NCBI GenBank assembly: GCA_041666325.1
Contig: JBAYHC010000001.1
Coordinates: 201,708 to 265,707 of the forward strand
Source of the DNA: Patescibacteria group bacterium
GTDB taxonomy: Bacteria > Patescibacteriota > UBA1384 > XYA2-FULL-43-10 > 1-14-0-10-43-13
Direction: 5' to 3'
DNA length: 64,000 nucleotides
The position numbers and the translations under genes are program-made. The notes under the pieces are model-generated. The model was not told the DNA's origin, did no database searches, and saw only the letters and a program-made list of their open reading frames with translations. Shown here piece after piece: positions 47,903-57,906 of this stretch. Each line of letters begins with the position of its first letter. Within the stretch, counting starts at the first letter, position 1.

Positions 47903-49487
47903 CGATACAAACAAGGCACTAATTTATTGTCGGGTTTCTTCCCCGCGCCAGATTAAGGAGGGTCACGGCTTAGAAAACCAAGAACACAGGTGTAGACAGT
48001 ACGCAGTGGAGAAGAAGCTCAAAGTTGTCGAGGTATTCTCTGAAGACGAGAGCGCTAGCGGTGGCCTTTTTGACCGTCCTGCAATGAAAGAACTGCTCAA
48101 TTTTCTTGACAGGAATCAGTCAGAAAGATACTTCGTAATATTCGATGATCTAAAACGTTTTGCGAGAGATGTAGAGGTTCATTTTAGACTAAAGACTGAA
48201 TTGGTTAAACTGCGTGCAGTAAAGCTACGCTGTCTCAATTTTAATTTCGACGACAGCCCTGAAGGCAGGTTCGTTGAAACTATGTTTGCAGCCTGTGCTC
48301 AGCTCGAAAGAGAACAAAATAAGAGGCAGGTAATACAAAAACAAAAAGCACGACTGGAAAATGGCTACTGGACTTTTTATCCGCCAGCTGGCTATGAGTA
48401 TAAAAAATCGAGGGTGCACGGCAAGCTTCTATACCAAGTGCATCCATTGGCAGAAACGTTAGGCAAGGTCATCGAAGACTTCGCGACGAATCGTCTAATT
48501 GGGAAGGTAGACGTCGTCAGAAGGCTTGTAGAACTAGGTATTCTAAAAGAAAGTGCACCAGAAACAACTAATTTTAATTTTGTTAGAAGATTGCTAAGTA
48601 ATCCCATCTATGCGGGATTCATTGAATATAAACCTTGGCAAGTTCCAATAAGGAAAGGCCATCACAAGGCAGTTATTACCGAGGAAGTACACAGATTAGC
48701 TTTAAATAAAATGGAGAAACCTGAAAGAATGCCAAGGAATACTGATTCTTTGGAATGGCCATTAAGGAGACTGGTCGATTGCTCCATTTGTGGTAAACAA
48801 TACACCGGGAGTGCAAACCGAAGTAAGAATCCCGACAAACACTATCCGCATTATACGTGTAATAATAAATATTGCACTGCTAGTCCTAAAAACATCACTA
48901 AAGAAATCGTAGAGGAAAAATTCCTTAAACTTCTCAAGTCAATCGGGGCAGACAAACCTGTATTGGATTTGGCGAGGGCAATGATACTTCAGATGTGGAA
49001 GGAAAAGGAAAAAAATTTCAATACAAAGAAATCAAATGGTCTTAAGAGGATCGGGCAGATTGATGTAGAAATTGAGAGCTTTTTAAGCAGAATTCCGAAG
49101 GCAAAATCAGAGTCACTAGTTGCACTATATGAATCAAAAATTGACAAACTCGAGAATGAGAAAAAAGAAATTGAAAAAAGCTTGAAAAACAAAAAAGAAC
49201 CCAACCTAAACGAAGCAATAGATTTGGTTCTTAATTTCCTTGGAACACCCGCTGAATTCTGGAAATATGCAGACCTAGAAAGAAAAATATTAATTCATAG
49301 CCTGATTTTCATTAAAAACCCAGAATTCTCTCTAGAAACAGGTTTTGGAACACCTAATTTGTCTCTACCATTCTACATAAAGCACTATGTAATGGACCAG
49401 GATGATACGTTGGTGGAGGTGGAGGGAGTTGCACCCTCGTCCAAGAGGTTAAAAACTGCCTATTGTAGCAAGCTTAGCTCCGGTTGA
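47895..49487 (+). CDS. Large serine recombinase/integrase
   Basis: YCRVSS..Q, DRP, RFAR, GY, NP.Y.G, CxxC..CxxxxC Zn ribbon, coiled coil; 3' end runs into tmRNA. Confidence 0.94.
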   Translation: MINDTNKALIYCRVSSPRQIKEGHGLENQEHRCRQYAVEKKLKVVEVFSEDESASGGLFDRPAMKELLNFLDRNQSERYFVIFDDLKRFARDVEVHFRLKTELVKLRAVKLRCLNFNFDDSPEGRFVETMFAACAQLEREQNKRQVIQKQKARLENGYWTFYPPAGYEYKKSRVHGKLLYQVHPLAETLGKVIEDFATNRLIGKVDVVRRLVELGILKESAPETTNFNFVRRLLSNPIYAGFIEYKPWQVPIRKGHHKAVITEEVHRLALNKMEKPERMPRNTDSLEWPLRRLVDCSICGKQYTGSANRSKNPDKHYPHYTCNNKYCTASPKNITKEIVEEKFLKLLKSIGADKPVLDLARAMILQMWKEKEKNFNTKKSNGLKRIGQIDVEIESFLSRIPKAKSESLVALYESKIDKLENEKKEIEKSLKNKKEPNLNEAIDLVLNFLGTPAEFWKYADLERKILIHSLIFIKNPEFSLETGFGTPNLSLPFYIKHYVMDQDDTLVEVEGVAPSSKRLKTAYCSKLSSG

Positions 49488-49802
49488 TTTATTCGAACAG
49501 GAGATAAGACCGGAACGGAAATCTACTGCTCTATCTCGAGTATATCTTAGGGCTTCACGCTAGAGAATCGATTGCCCGCAACTCGAAGTATGACACTCAT
49601 ACCCTCTAGTCGAGTAGCTAGAGGATGAGCGGTTGCCGTTATTTAAGCAGCAACTGGCGCAAGAGCAAAGCCGCTAAAAGCTGCTTTAACTCTGCTAACA
49701 AGTGAGTTTGCACTTGAGATTTTCCGGCAATTAAGGCTGCCAAGATCACCTGCTTGCTAGATCAGTTTTTAAAGTTCCTATTGTCGAAGCTAATACACCC
49801 CC
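49411..49802 (-). ncRNA. ssrA: tmRNA, tag reading frame ANSLVSRVKAAFSGFALAPVAA*
   Basis: GGGGGUG/CACCUCC-ACCA acceptor stem with G3-U, 5' UUCGAC, tag ORF 49711-49643 ending AA-stop. Confidence 0.93.
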
Positions 49803-49959
49803 GAACACATCTTATTATACCTAATATTGACAAAAAATCAACTTGCTCGACTCCGATTCTTGCAGTGGTCAAACCAAAACTAGACAATGTCGTTTCGAAA
49901 TGGTATAAATCTGTGGGCAGCAGAATACCTACTATTCTGCTGGATGAAGGAGAGACAAA

Positions 49960-50442
49960 GTGGGAAAAAGACAGACATATGGCAATCTTCCGCCAGATGC
50001 ACGCTTTAAGTCGCCCGAAGAGCGCCGCCGATTTGCAGAAGATCAGGTTGAGACTTTGGTTGCATTGGGACTTTCTGATCACCATGCTCGCCGCATTCTC
50101 CGCGGTGCCGGCCCCAGCGAAGCAGTTATGGTGGGCCGGTGGATTATAGATATCCAAACAAAGATTGATGGAGGCAGGGTCAGCGCTAGCGCACTGCGAT
50201 CCAATCTTACCCTGTTCTTGAGCAGCGATGATTGTGATGATGTTCTTGGCAATATCTGTTTGCTTGGCATAGAAGCCCCCTGCTGCCATCCAAACGCAGC
50301 ATATCGATATGTCCGCGCCCTCCGGGCATACATGGATTCCGAGTACAATGTTACCGAGGCAGTTCAAGATCACCGAATGCGATCACAGTCACGACGCCAA
50401 CCCTGGGGCACTTATGTTCCAGACCGTAGCCCGTGGTTGTAG
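49960..50442 (+). CDS. Hypothetical protein
   Basis: GTG start after gaaggag RBS; no recognised motif. Confidence 0.5.
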   Translation: MGKRQTYGNLPPDARFKSPEERRRFAEDQVETLVALGLSDHHARRILRGAGPSEAVMVGRWIIDIQTKIDGGRVSASALRSNLTLFLSSDDCDDVLGNICLLGIEAPCCHPNAAYRYVRALRAYMDSEYNVTEAVQDHRMRSQSRRQPWGTYVPDRSPWL

Positions 50443-50498
50443 GCGCCATTTTGTCCCAGAGTGGGTTTCCCCCACTCGTTTTTTTTACAGATGACCGC

Positions 50499-50900
50499 TT
50501 ACGCATCCTTGGTCGTTGGCCGGTGTCGATCCAGGACCTCTGAAACTTTTTTGATCACATCAATCGGCAAAACGTCTGACTTGACAATGAACTCGTCAGC
50601 GCCAAGTTCTTTGGCTTTGGCGTACTTGTCAGCCTCAAGTAGAACCGTATAAATTATGACCGGAATATCCTTCGTCACATCACTCTGCTTTAGAACTTGC
50701 AGAACCTCAAAGCCATTCAGACCGGGCATCATTATATCAAGGATGATCAAATGCGGATGGTTTTCCTCGGCCATCCGTACTGCTTCCTTGCCATCATGAG
50801 CCACCTCAACGATTGCTCCTTCCTGCTTGAATCTGTCTGCGTACATCTCAAGAAGTGTTAGGTCATCGTCTGCAATCAGAATTACTTTTCCATCCAACAT
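50499..50900 (-). CDS. Single-domain response regulator (CheY-like)
   Basis: ILIADDD, LDIMMPG..G, K; aggagg RBS. Confidence 0.92.
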   Translation of the reverse strand: MLDGKVILIADDDLTLLEMYADRFKQEGAIVEVAHDGKEAVRMAEENHPHLIILDIMMPGLNGFEVLQVLKQSDVTKDIPVIIYTVLLEADKYAKAKELGADEFIVKSDVLPIDVIKKVSEVLDRHRPTTKDA

Positions 50901-51032
50901 AGGACCTCCTAAAATTTGCTTTGACAATAACACTCCGCTAGTATAAAATCAAATACCACCAATAATTCGGCGGGGCAATAACAATAGCTTAAAGAATGAG
51001 TAGGCAGAGTTACCCGCGCCTTATCCTTCATC

Positions 51033-51989
51033 ATGAACCATACACCAGTATTATTAAATGAGGTCCTGAATATATTTAGCTATCTCAACGCGAGAGATGG
51101 TTATTTTGTTGATGGAACACTCGGTGCTGGCGGACATAGTATCGCAATAGCAAAGCAAATGCTGGGCAGAAGAAGCAAGGCGAAAGTTATAGGGATAGAC
51201 AAAGATAGCAGCGCGCTCGAACTTGCAAAGAAAAATATTGAGAACGCTGGATTATCGAGCTTATTCACCTTCGTCCATGATGATTTTTGGAATATTAGGC
51301 AAATTCTCAGTAGCCTGGACATAGATAAGATCGAGGGTGCACTGATAGATCTTGGCGTTTCATCGATGCAGCTCGATCAACCGGAGCGAGGATTCACCTT
51401 CCAGGATGAAAGCGCACCACTCGATATGCGTATGGATCAAAGTCAATCCAGGGACGCTGCCTATATCGTCAACAATTACACTCACGGCGAATTAGAAAAA
51501 CTATTTTCTGAGATTGGCGAAGAACGATATGCCAGATCAATAGCCAAGAATATTACAACCTCCCGCAAGAACAACCAAATACAAAATGTCGGTGATCTGT
51601 TGGCTATAATCAAGCTCTCTGTTCCGCCGAAAGTCCGCTTCGGCAGCAAAAAACACTTTGCAACTAATGTCTTTCGCGCACTCCGGATAGAGGTGAACGA
51701 AGAACTCACGCATCTCGACAAAGCAGTAGAAGAATACGTTGATTTGATGACCCCAGGCGCAAGACTGGCTATCATAACATTTCATTCAAGCGAGGACAGG
51801 ATTATCAAGGAAGTATTTCGCCGGCTTGACAACCCGTGCATCTGTCCACCAGATATGCCAACGTGCGGTTGCGGACGCAAACCAACCGTCTCGCTACTCA
51901 AGAAAAAACCGATTGAACCGAGCGAAGAGGAGGTGCGTGAAAACCCACGATCACGCAGTTCAAAGATGAGGGTAATAGAAAAGCTATAG
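51033..51989 (+). CDS. rsmH: 16S rRNA m4C1402 methyltransferase
   Basis: HTPVLL, DGTLGAGGHS, DLGVSSMQLD, PLDMRMD, NPRSRS.K. Confidence 0.96.
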   Translation: MNHTPVLLNEVLNIFSYLNARDGYFVDGTLGAGGHSIAIAKQMLGRRSKAKVIGIDKDSSALELAKKNIENAGLSSLFTFVHDDFWNIRQILSSLDIDKIEGALIDLGVSSMQLDQPERGFTFQDESAPLDMRMDQSQSRDAAYIVNNYTHGELEKLFSEIGEERYARSIAKNITTSRKNNQIQNVGDLLAIIKLSVPPKVRFGSKKHFATNVFRALRIEVNEELTHLDKAVEEYVDLMTPGARLAIITFHSSEDRIIKEVFRRLDNPCICPPDMPTCGCGRKPTVSLLKKKPIEPSEEEVRENPRSRSSKMRVIEKL

Positions 51990-52051
51990 CCGGTTCTCAC
52001 CATAACTATTCTCAGAAATGCACTTTGTAATCTGATGACCGGACAAAAGAC

Positions 52052-52666
52052 ATGACCGAAATCGCAGAAAATAATACCCCTAAGCCGACATTGTTATTAC
52101 ACGCCTGCTGTGCACCGTGCTCAACTTCGGTGTACGAAAGACTATCGAATAACTACGACCTCACGGTTTATTGGTATAACCCGAATATATTTCCGTTTGA
52201 CGAACACAACAAGCGCCTCGAAGAAATCAAAAAACTGTCCGGCATTTTTGATTTCGCCCTTGTCATAGATCCCGAGACTACCAATCATCAGCAGTGGAAC
52301 AGCGAGACAGTACAACGGCTATCAACTGCTCCCGAGGGCGGCGCCAGGTGCTGGCTATGTTATCACATGCGCCTAGAAAAAGTTGCCAAATACGCGGTCG
52401 AAAAAGGATTTAGCTACTTTTCTTCAACCCTGTCGGTTTCCCCTCACAAAAATGCAGCGAAGATAATTGAGATTGGCAAATCGATAGAGACTAAAACAGG
52501 CCCCCGCTTCTTGGCAGAGGATTTTAAAAAGAAGGATGGCTATAAACGCTCAATCGAGATCTCAAAAGAGCTGAATCTATATCGTCAAGATTACTGCGGC
52601 TGTGAATACAGCCTCGCCCTCACATCAAAAACGAACCAGCAACCAAGGGTAGCACCGCTGACCTAA
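52052..52666 (+). CDS. queH: Epoxyqueuosine reductase QueH (DUF208)
   Basis: LLHACCAPCS, YNPNI, RC..C, YRQ.YCGC. Confidence 0.93.
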   Translation: MTEIAENNTPKPTLLLHACCAPCSTSVYERLSNNYDLTVYWYNPNIFPFDEHNKRLEEIKKLSGIFDFALVIDPETTNHQQWNSETVQRLSTAPEGGARCWLCYHMRLEKVAKYAVEKGFSYFSSTLSVSPHKNAAKIIEIGKSIETKTGPRFLAEDFKKKDGYKRSIEISKELNLYRQDYCGCEYSLALTSKTNQQPRVAPLT

Positions 52667-52701
52667 ACGCAATAAAGACCAAAAGATAGCACTAATTGTG
52701 G

Positions 52702-53133
52702 TTATACGCTTGAACTCTTGGAGCTTTTGTCTTGGTTGATAAATTTTTCATAGGACTCTTTGTCGTTGTATTCCAAAAAAGTCTCATGATGCGGCGGAGT
52801 GTGTCCACCACTATCTCTGTGCTTGATGGCACACCAATACTTCTCTGTTTCGCCAGCTATTCTGGTGGCGTATGGCATGAAACCATTGGCGTAACCGCAA
52901 TAAGTACACCAAATTTTATCAACAAAACTGAGGTAGGACAGCTTTTGTCGATCAATCTTAATGTAGTAGCTCCGCTTGATCAAAGGGATCCCGTAGAGGG
53001 GGAAAGCAGCATGGTGATAGACCTCAATGCAGATATCAAGGATTGCTATCGGTACAACCATACCCAAGATAAACGGCATAGCAAGCACGTGCCGCAAACG
53101 CTTGTAACGAAGTTTTGAGACCTTGTTGTACAT
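52702..53133 (-). CDS. Conserved hypothetical protein
   Basis: C.YC.YANG...Y...I...TE.YWC.IKH pattern. Confidence 0.75.
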   Translation of the reverse strand: MYNKVSKLRYKRLRHVLAMPFILGMVVPIAILDICIEVYHHAAFPLYGIPLIKRSYYIKIDRQKLSYLSFVDKIWCTYCGYANGFMPYATRIAGETEKYWCAIKHRDSGGHTPPHHETFLEYNDKESYEKFINQDKSSKSSSV

Positions 53134-53195
53134 GTACGAGCTATACTAAACTATCTTGAGGCTAAAATCAACTATCTAGATCGGCCGGAAGTCTT

Positions 53196-53408
53196 GACAC
53201 ACCCGAGAGCGTGCCACCAACCGAGAACGAAAACAGGTTTCTGTCAGAGCAAACACAGCGACGCCGCTTCCTGGAAAACGCCTATACACGCGCTGGCTTA
53301 TCCATCACACTTGCGATGGCCCTATGTGTTAGCCGCAACTTGCAGCAACTTCACAACTAGCGCCCCGACCACAGATCGCCTCTCTGGCAGCACTCCGCTC
53401 GAGTGCCA
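53196..53408 (-). ncRNA. Rod-shaped ~210-nt RNA, candidate 6S RNA
   Basis: Terminal helices GCACUCGAG/CUCGGGUGU and GUGCUGCCA/UGGUGGCAC with G-U pairs on minus strand; internal bubble; apical CCAUCGCA/UGUGAUGG. Confidence 0.5.
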
Positions 53409-53516
53409 TTATTTTTTATGAGCTTATCTCCGGACACAGGGTTTTTTGAACCCAAAAATTACTTTTATGTACGAAAATAGCACAAAAAAGTAAGATGGGA
53501 GTAACGAACTAGAATA

Positions 53517-53678
53517 CTATTTTTCGTTTTTTTCGACGAACTTCTTGATTGCTTCGATATTCTCTAGAACTAATTTAGCCTTCTTGATGCCAAACTGAAA
53601 TGGATACTTATCCTCTTCATCAGCTTTCAAAACAATCATTGGATTGCCTTTGAACTCGGACTCTTCAACAATAGCCAT
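53517..53678 (-). CDS. 53-aa small protein
   Basis: MAIVEESEFKGNPMIVLKADEEDKYPFQFGIKKAKLVLENIEAIKKFVEKNEK with aggagg RBS; below ORF-track cutoff. Confidence 0.75.
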   Translation of the reverse strand: MAIVEESEFKGNPMIVLKADEEDKYPFQFGIKKAKLVLENIEAIKKFVEKNEK

Positions 53679-53927
53679 AACAAATCCTCCTAAAAATGTT
53701 CTTCAAATTTTACCCTATCCCATCATACCAAAAATATTGCGATGAGTTTAGCCATCTATAACGTTGATAAACTACCGAGCCATATAGCCGCTACCGCAGA
53801 ACGATGATTCGGCAAAGTGAATACGACCTTCTCGCCCAACTTATAAAAGACAACATCATTGCTCGCGTATAAGTTTGGCAATTGCAAGATGTGGAGTATA
53901 ATATACATAAATATCAATGGAGGGGAA

Positions 53928-54227
53928 ATGAAAAGTTCTAAATCAGTTAATTACGCTAAGCGTGGCTGGTTGTGGCTAGCAGCGACGATTCTTTTGTATT
54001 TTCTTTATTGGCTCGCAGCACTCCTGGCATCACAGTATTGGAGAGAAGAAAACTTTAAGTTAATAGTTGTTGCACTCATCTATATAGCTGTTACCACAAC
54101 CTTTTTATCTCTTCTCAATTTTATAGTCACCGCCAAGAGTAGACCTGTCTACTACCTGCTAGTGCTACTAAATATGGTCCTAATAACAATTCTGGTCTGG
54201 ATTTCTTTGATCGCACGCTCCTATTAG
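53928..54227 (+). CDS. Small 3-TM membrane protein
   Basis: ggaggg RBS, three hydrophobic helices. Confidence 0.6.
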   Translation: MKSSKSVNYAKRGWLWLAATILLYFLYWLAALLASQYWREENFKLIVVALIYIAVTTTFLSLLNFIVTAKSRPVYYLLVLLNMVLITILVWISLIARSY

Positions 54228-57200
54228 TCCTCTTTTGAGAGTCTTTTTATCAATGCCAATATCGATGGCTTGCTTTTGATGATTACGAGGCCGCCGAAGA
54301 ACCACCCGACAGATCCAAAGATCACCCCAAAGAGGATAACAGTGTATATCGGAGGATTTTTGGAGGGCGGACCAGATGAAACAAGCGGGTCAACAACATT
54401 TTCCGCCCTCTCCGGTTCAGCATCGCCGGATCTCTTGTATCCCTTATCCTCTGCCCTGGCAGTAGCCGGATCAACAGAGACTGCTTCAGTAATCAAGTTA
54501 GCCACTGCAGCCTCGGCTGACGAGACAAGTGATTCAACGATCATTTCACTTGACTGGCCCTTGTTTGACACCGAAGAATCTGACTGAACTTGCGTCTGCC
54601 CCTGAGCTTGTGCCTGTTCCTGGTCTTGACTGGGTGCAATTGACGCCGGCTGATCAACTTTCTCGACAATGCCGGAAGGACAACTTTTGCTAAAGCGAAC
54701 CACTGTCTCAGATTTATTGCCCGCAAGATCAATAACAATCAATTTGAGAGTGCCATCACCTGCGTCAACATCGGACAAAGAAAGATGCTTAGAAAATTTA
54801 CCGGAAGCCACGTCAGCACCGTCTATGTACTCATCGTTCACGAATACTCCAATAGGCTCAGCACCAAGTGAACCGCTATACTTTCCCTCAATCTGGATAT
54901 CGTCACAGAAAATCCCTCCGCTCAAAGGACTTGCCAAACTTAGCGCCGGAGGCTGAAAAAAGTTACTTACATCAATAGAATATTTTTTCTCAGCAATATT
55001 ACCAAACGCATCCTCAGCAAGCAGGGTCAATACATGACTGCCGCTCGGATAAAGAGAAAAATTTACAGTATTGTCGAAACCGTCACTGGCGGTAGTATCA
55101 TCAAAGAGGATTGTTTGATCGTCCAGGTAGCCGGAGACTGTCAGAGTTTTGTTGTTGTCAACCGAATTGATTTGAAGCAATACAGATCCGCTTAGGCCCA
55201 CTAGCTCTGTCGGGGCAGCCAATTCAACCACGGGCTTTTCTGTATCAGCGTTAATCTCTGTCGAGAGAGTATAGAGCGAAAAGTGGCTAAGTGAAGCAAG
55301 TACTTTCTTGTTTGCTTTATCAATGTCGCTCGCAACTTTGTTCCAGGAATTGCTTATCGCATCGAATGTGAAGACAGATAGAGCATCCTCATTCGTAACC
55401 AAATCGGACGCGCTATAGTCAATCTCCAGATTCGCACTTGAGTCAGAATCAAGTGCGCCCTCAAAGTTGTAGACGGGTGACAAATACCCACCTGCCGGAG
55501 CAGGCACAAGCAGGCCATTTATGTCCTTCGTCTCAGCCCTGAATTCACCGGTTGTTTTGGCAGAGATCGAGGCGCTAGCAAGATCAACCTTCTTCTCTCC
55601 GGCCAGAACGATGTCCGTGTTTTCGACCATGTTTACAAATATTGGTTGTGACCAAGATTTTTTACCTCCTTTGTTCTCGGCCTCGATACGCACATAGATC
55701 TCGCTACCTTCAGGCTGGTATGAGCTACCCAATGAATCATTAACTTCCTTCAGGATTTCCCCTCCCCTACCTATGAAGCGGATCGTGCCCATCTCACCCA
55801 TGGCAGCACTGATGACTCCGCTATCGGTGGAGATCTTAATTCTTGGTGCATCAGTCCCCTGTAGGGCGTAAAAATTACCCAACTTCATATTGGACATGAT
55901 CTCGTCCTGGGTATTTTCCCTGGCGAACACTGCCACAGAGGCCCCATCAAAACCCGGATTTCGAGGTGTAAAGTCGTCCCCCGCCGTTGCCCATACTTTC
56001 TTGCGAGCGACGAGCAACTTATCCCATTTTTTAAATGCACTAGCCCGTCCATGAGCATCACGACCTAAAACTTCTGGTACCTCGAGATATTTCCCTGCAG
56101 CATCTATCCCACTATTATATGCCTCGATTGCATGATAGCCGTTCAGATTGATTAATTCACCAAAACTCCAATTATAGTAGAAAGAATCAGGATGCGCTAA
56201 GCTAACAAATCCATCCTGAGCATAAAACTGGTCGATTCGAGTTTGGCTTTCCGCTGTTTCATCGGCCCCTTCGCTAATTCCAACACCCAAGATATGAGTA
56301 CCGAAATATCCTTGTGTATCCTCCTCACTATTTTCGATGAACGTGATGCCGGGGATATTTGGGTTGGATGCGATCTCATTGTGCTCTGTGAGCGCAATGA
56401 AGTCATATCCCGCATCCCGATACTTCTTAACCGTAAATTCCGGCTTGATGTTTTTCTTTCCAATATCCGGAATGTAGTGACTGTGAGTTTGGCCGATGTA
56501 TTCCTCATAATCATCGCCGGACTGGTAGGGGCTATTGAGCTCTATGCGCGAATCTGCCACCACTGTTGTCGGGCCCGAGGACAGGGCGTAGATGTTGCGG
56601 TAATTATAGTCAGCAGCAAGGAAGAGACCATCAGCATGGATCAAATGAAGCAATCCGGTATTTTCCGCTACGGGATAGGTCTTAATTGAACCATCCGTCG
56701 TAAGCACTTCATAAATTTTGTTTTTGTCAACGAAGTACAGCCTGTCATCAACCTTCACAACATCAACCCGTGTATCGATCTTAAAATCAGATGCTATCGA
56801 TTTCTCAATAATTTTTTGACCTGTCTTATAGTTATAAGAGTTGAAAAAAGTCTGCTTCGGATTAGAAAACACGCTTTGAGTAAAGAAGTAGACCTTATCA
56901 TCAGCGATAATCGGCATAGTCGACTGAGTGTTGTTCTGTAATCCGGGAAGACTTAGGGTACTCGATCCGGTAGCTAAATCAATCTTAGTAATATAGCCCT
57001 TATTGTCGGCAATCAAGCCGAAGCCATCAGGTGTAATCGCAACCGAGCTATTTGGCTTTCGTCCATTCTTCCTAAACTCCCAATTCATCACTCCGTCGGA
57101 CAGACGATAGCTTTGCACCAGGATATGGCTGCCCTTGTCTGATGTTGTAATAATACTCTCACCCCAAATGCTCAGGGGTAGCGTATTGGCTGGAATATCA

Positions 57201-57745
57201 ACGCTCCAGCTCAAGCTCCCGTCCGTCAAACCCCTTGACTCTAGCACCATCGCTTTTGTAGCCGTAGATTGCCGCACAACATAAATCGCGTCACCTCCCA
57301 CAACCGGGTTGGTAAAAACTTGATTACTGCCAGCACTTTTCCTCCAAACTTCCTCTCCGCTTGATGATTTAAGAAGCGCAAGATCACTGCTTGGCACGAC
57401 CAGGAATTCACCCGACACAACCACCGAAGACTCCATGTCGCCAACGCCAGTTTTTCTCCACTGCTCTTGGCCTGTGTTTTTGTCGAAAGCATAGACAAGC
57501 CAGTCATCGGTTGAAATATTGTTTTCAGCAAAATAGAGAATACCGTTCTGATAAGCAGGCATCAAAAAATTAACCAAACCGGGGGTTTTGTTCCATTGAT
57601 GTTTGAGTTCCACACCCGTACCCTCACTAGCAAAAACAACACTCTCTTGGTCACCGCTGTTACCCAAATACAAACCAATCGAAATGTGATTTAGTGAGAT
57701 CCACAGAATTATAATGAGAGCGAATACTCTTCGCATTGAATACAT
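54224..57745 (-). CDS. Large surface protein: PQQ-like beta-propeller + PHP metallohydrolase + Ig-like repeats + C-terminal TM anchor
   Basis: Signal peptide; A.D..TG...W repeats; HSH, LTEHN, AHP, GDD; SHFS.Y; A.D..GN repeats. Confidence 0.8.
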   Translation of the reverse strand: MYSMRRVFALIIILWISLNHISIGLYLGNSGDQESVVFASEGTGVELKHQWNKTPGLVNFLMPAYQNGILYFAENNISTDDWLVYAFDKNTGQEQWRKTGVGDMESSVVVSGEFLVVPSSDLALLKSSSGEEVWRKSAGSNQVFTNPVVGGDAIYVVRQSTATKAMVLESRGLTDGSLSWSVDIPANTLPLSIWGESIITTSDKGSHILVQSYRLSDGVMNWEFRKNGRKPNSSVAITPDGFGLIADNKGYITKIDLATGSSTLSLPGLQNNTQSTMPIIADDKVYFFTQSVFSNPKQTFFNSYNYKTGQKIIEKSIASDFKIDTRVDVVKVDDRLYFVDKNKIYEVLTTDGSIKTYPVAENTGLLHLIHADGLFLAADYNYRNIYALSSGPTTVVADSRIELNSPYQSGDDYEEYIGQTHSHYIPDIGKKNIKPEFTVKKYRDAGYDFIALTEHNEIASNPNIPGITFIENSEEDTQGYFGTHILGVGISEGADETAESQTRIDQFYAQDGFVSLAHPDSFYYNWSFGELINLNGYHAIEAYNSGIDAAGKYLEVPEVLGRDAHGRASAFKKWDKLLVARKKVWATAGDDFTPRNPGFDGASVAVFARENTQDEIMSNMKLGNFYALQGTDAPRIKISTDSGVISAAMGEMGTIRFIGRGGEILKEVNDSLGSSYQPEGSEIYVRIEAENKGGKKSWSQPIFVNMVENTDIVLAGEKKVDLASASISAKTTGEFRAETKDINGLLVPAPAGGYLSPVYNFEGALDSDSSANLEIDYSASDLVTNEDALSVFTFDAISNSWNKVASDIDKANKKVLASLSHFSLYTLSTEINADTEKPVVELAAPTELVGLSGSVLLQINSVDNNKTLTVSGYLDDQTILFDDTTASDGFDNTVNFSLYPSGSHVLTLLAEDAFGNIAEKKYSIDVSNFFQPPALSLASPLSGGIFCDDIQIEGKYSGSLGAEPIGVFVNDEYIDGADVASGKFSKHLSLSDVDAGDGTLKLIVIDLAGNKSETVVRFSKSCPSGIVEKVDQPASIAPSQDQEQAQAQGQTQVQSDSSVSNKGQSSEMIVESLVSSAEAAVANLITEAVSVDPATARAEDKGYKRSGDAEPERAENVVDPLVSSGPPSKNPPIYTVILFGVIFGSVGWFFGGLVIIKSKPSILALIKRLSKED

Positions 57746-57906
57746 TTCCCCTCTGCAACGGTTCTCTTCTATACAACCATTACTAACACAACAAAAATTT
57801 TATAACAACACCCAAAGCCATCTTTTTTGATCTTTAGCTTTATCTGTTCCAGCGCTTTGTGCTAAACTGCTTACGAGCTATCTAACTTAATCTGGAGAAC
57901 TAATCG

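Larger units (their letters stand above)
40374..49417. mobile_element. ~9 kb integrative island in tmRNA 3' end (large serine integrase)
   Basis: TTGGTGGA direct repeat at 40374-40381 and 49410-49417; integrase abuts tmRNA; AT-rich defence-like cargo. Confidence 0.85.

Noticed and set aside
49754-50373. Alternative ORFs 49754..50149(+) and 49762..50373(-)
   Set aside because: They overlap the tmRNA 5' end and promoter and lack an RBS; 49960..50442 has a good RBS.
53196-53408. SRP RNA assignment
   Set aside because: AGGAAGCGG resembles helix 8, but the matching CAGG and GNRA-capped stem are absent.
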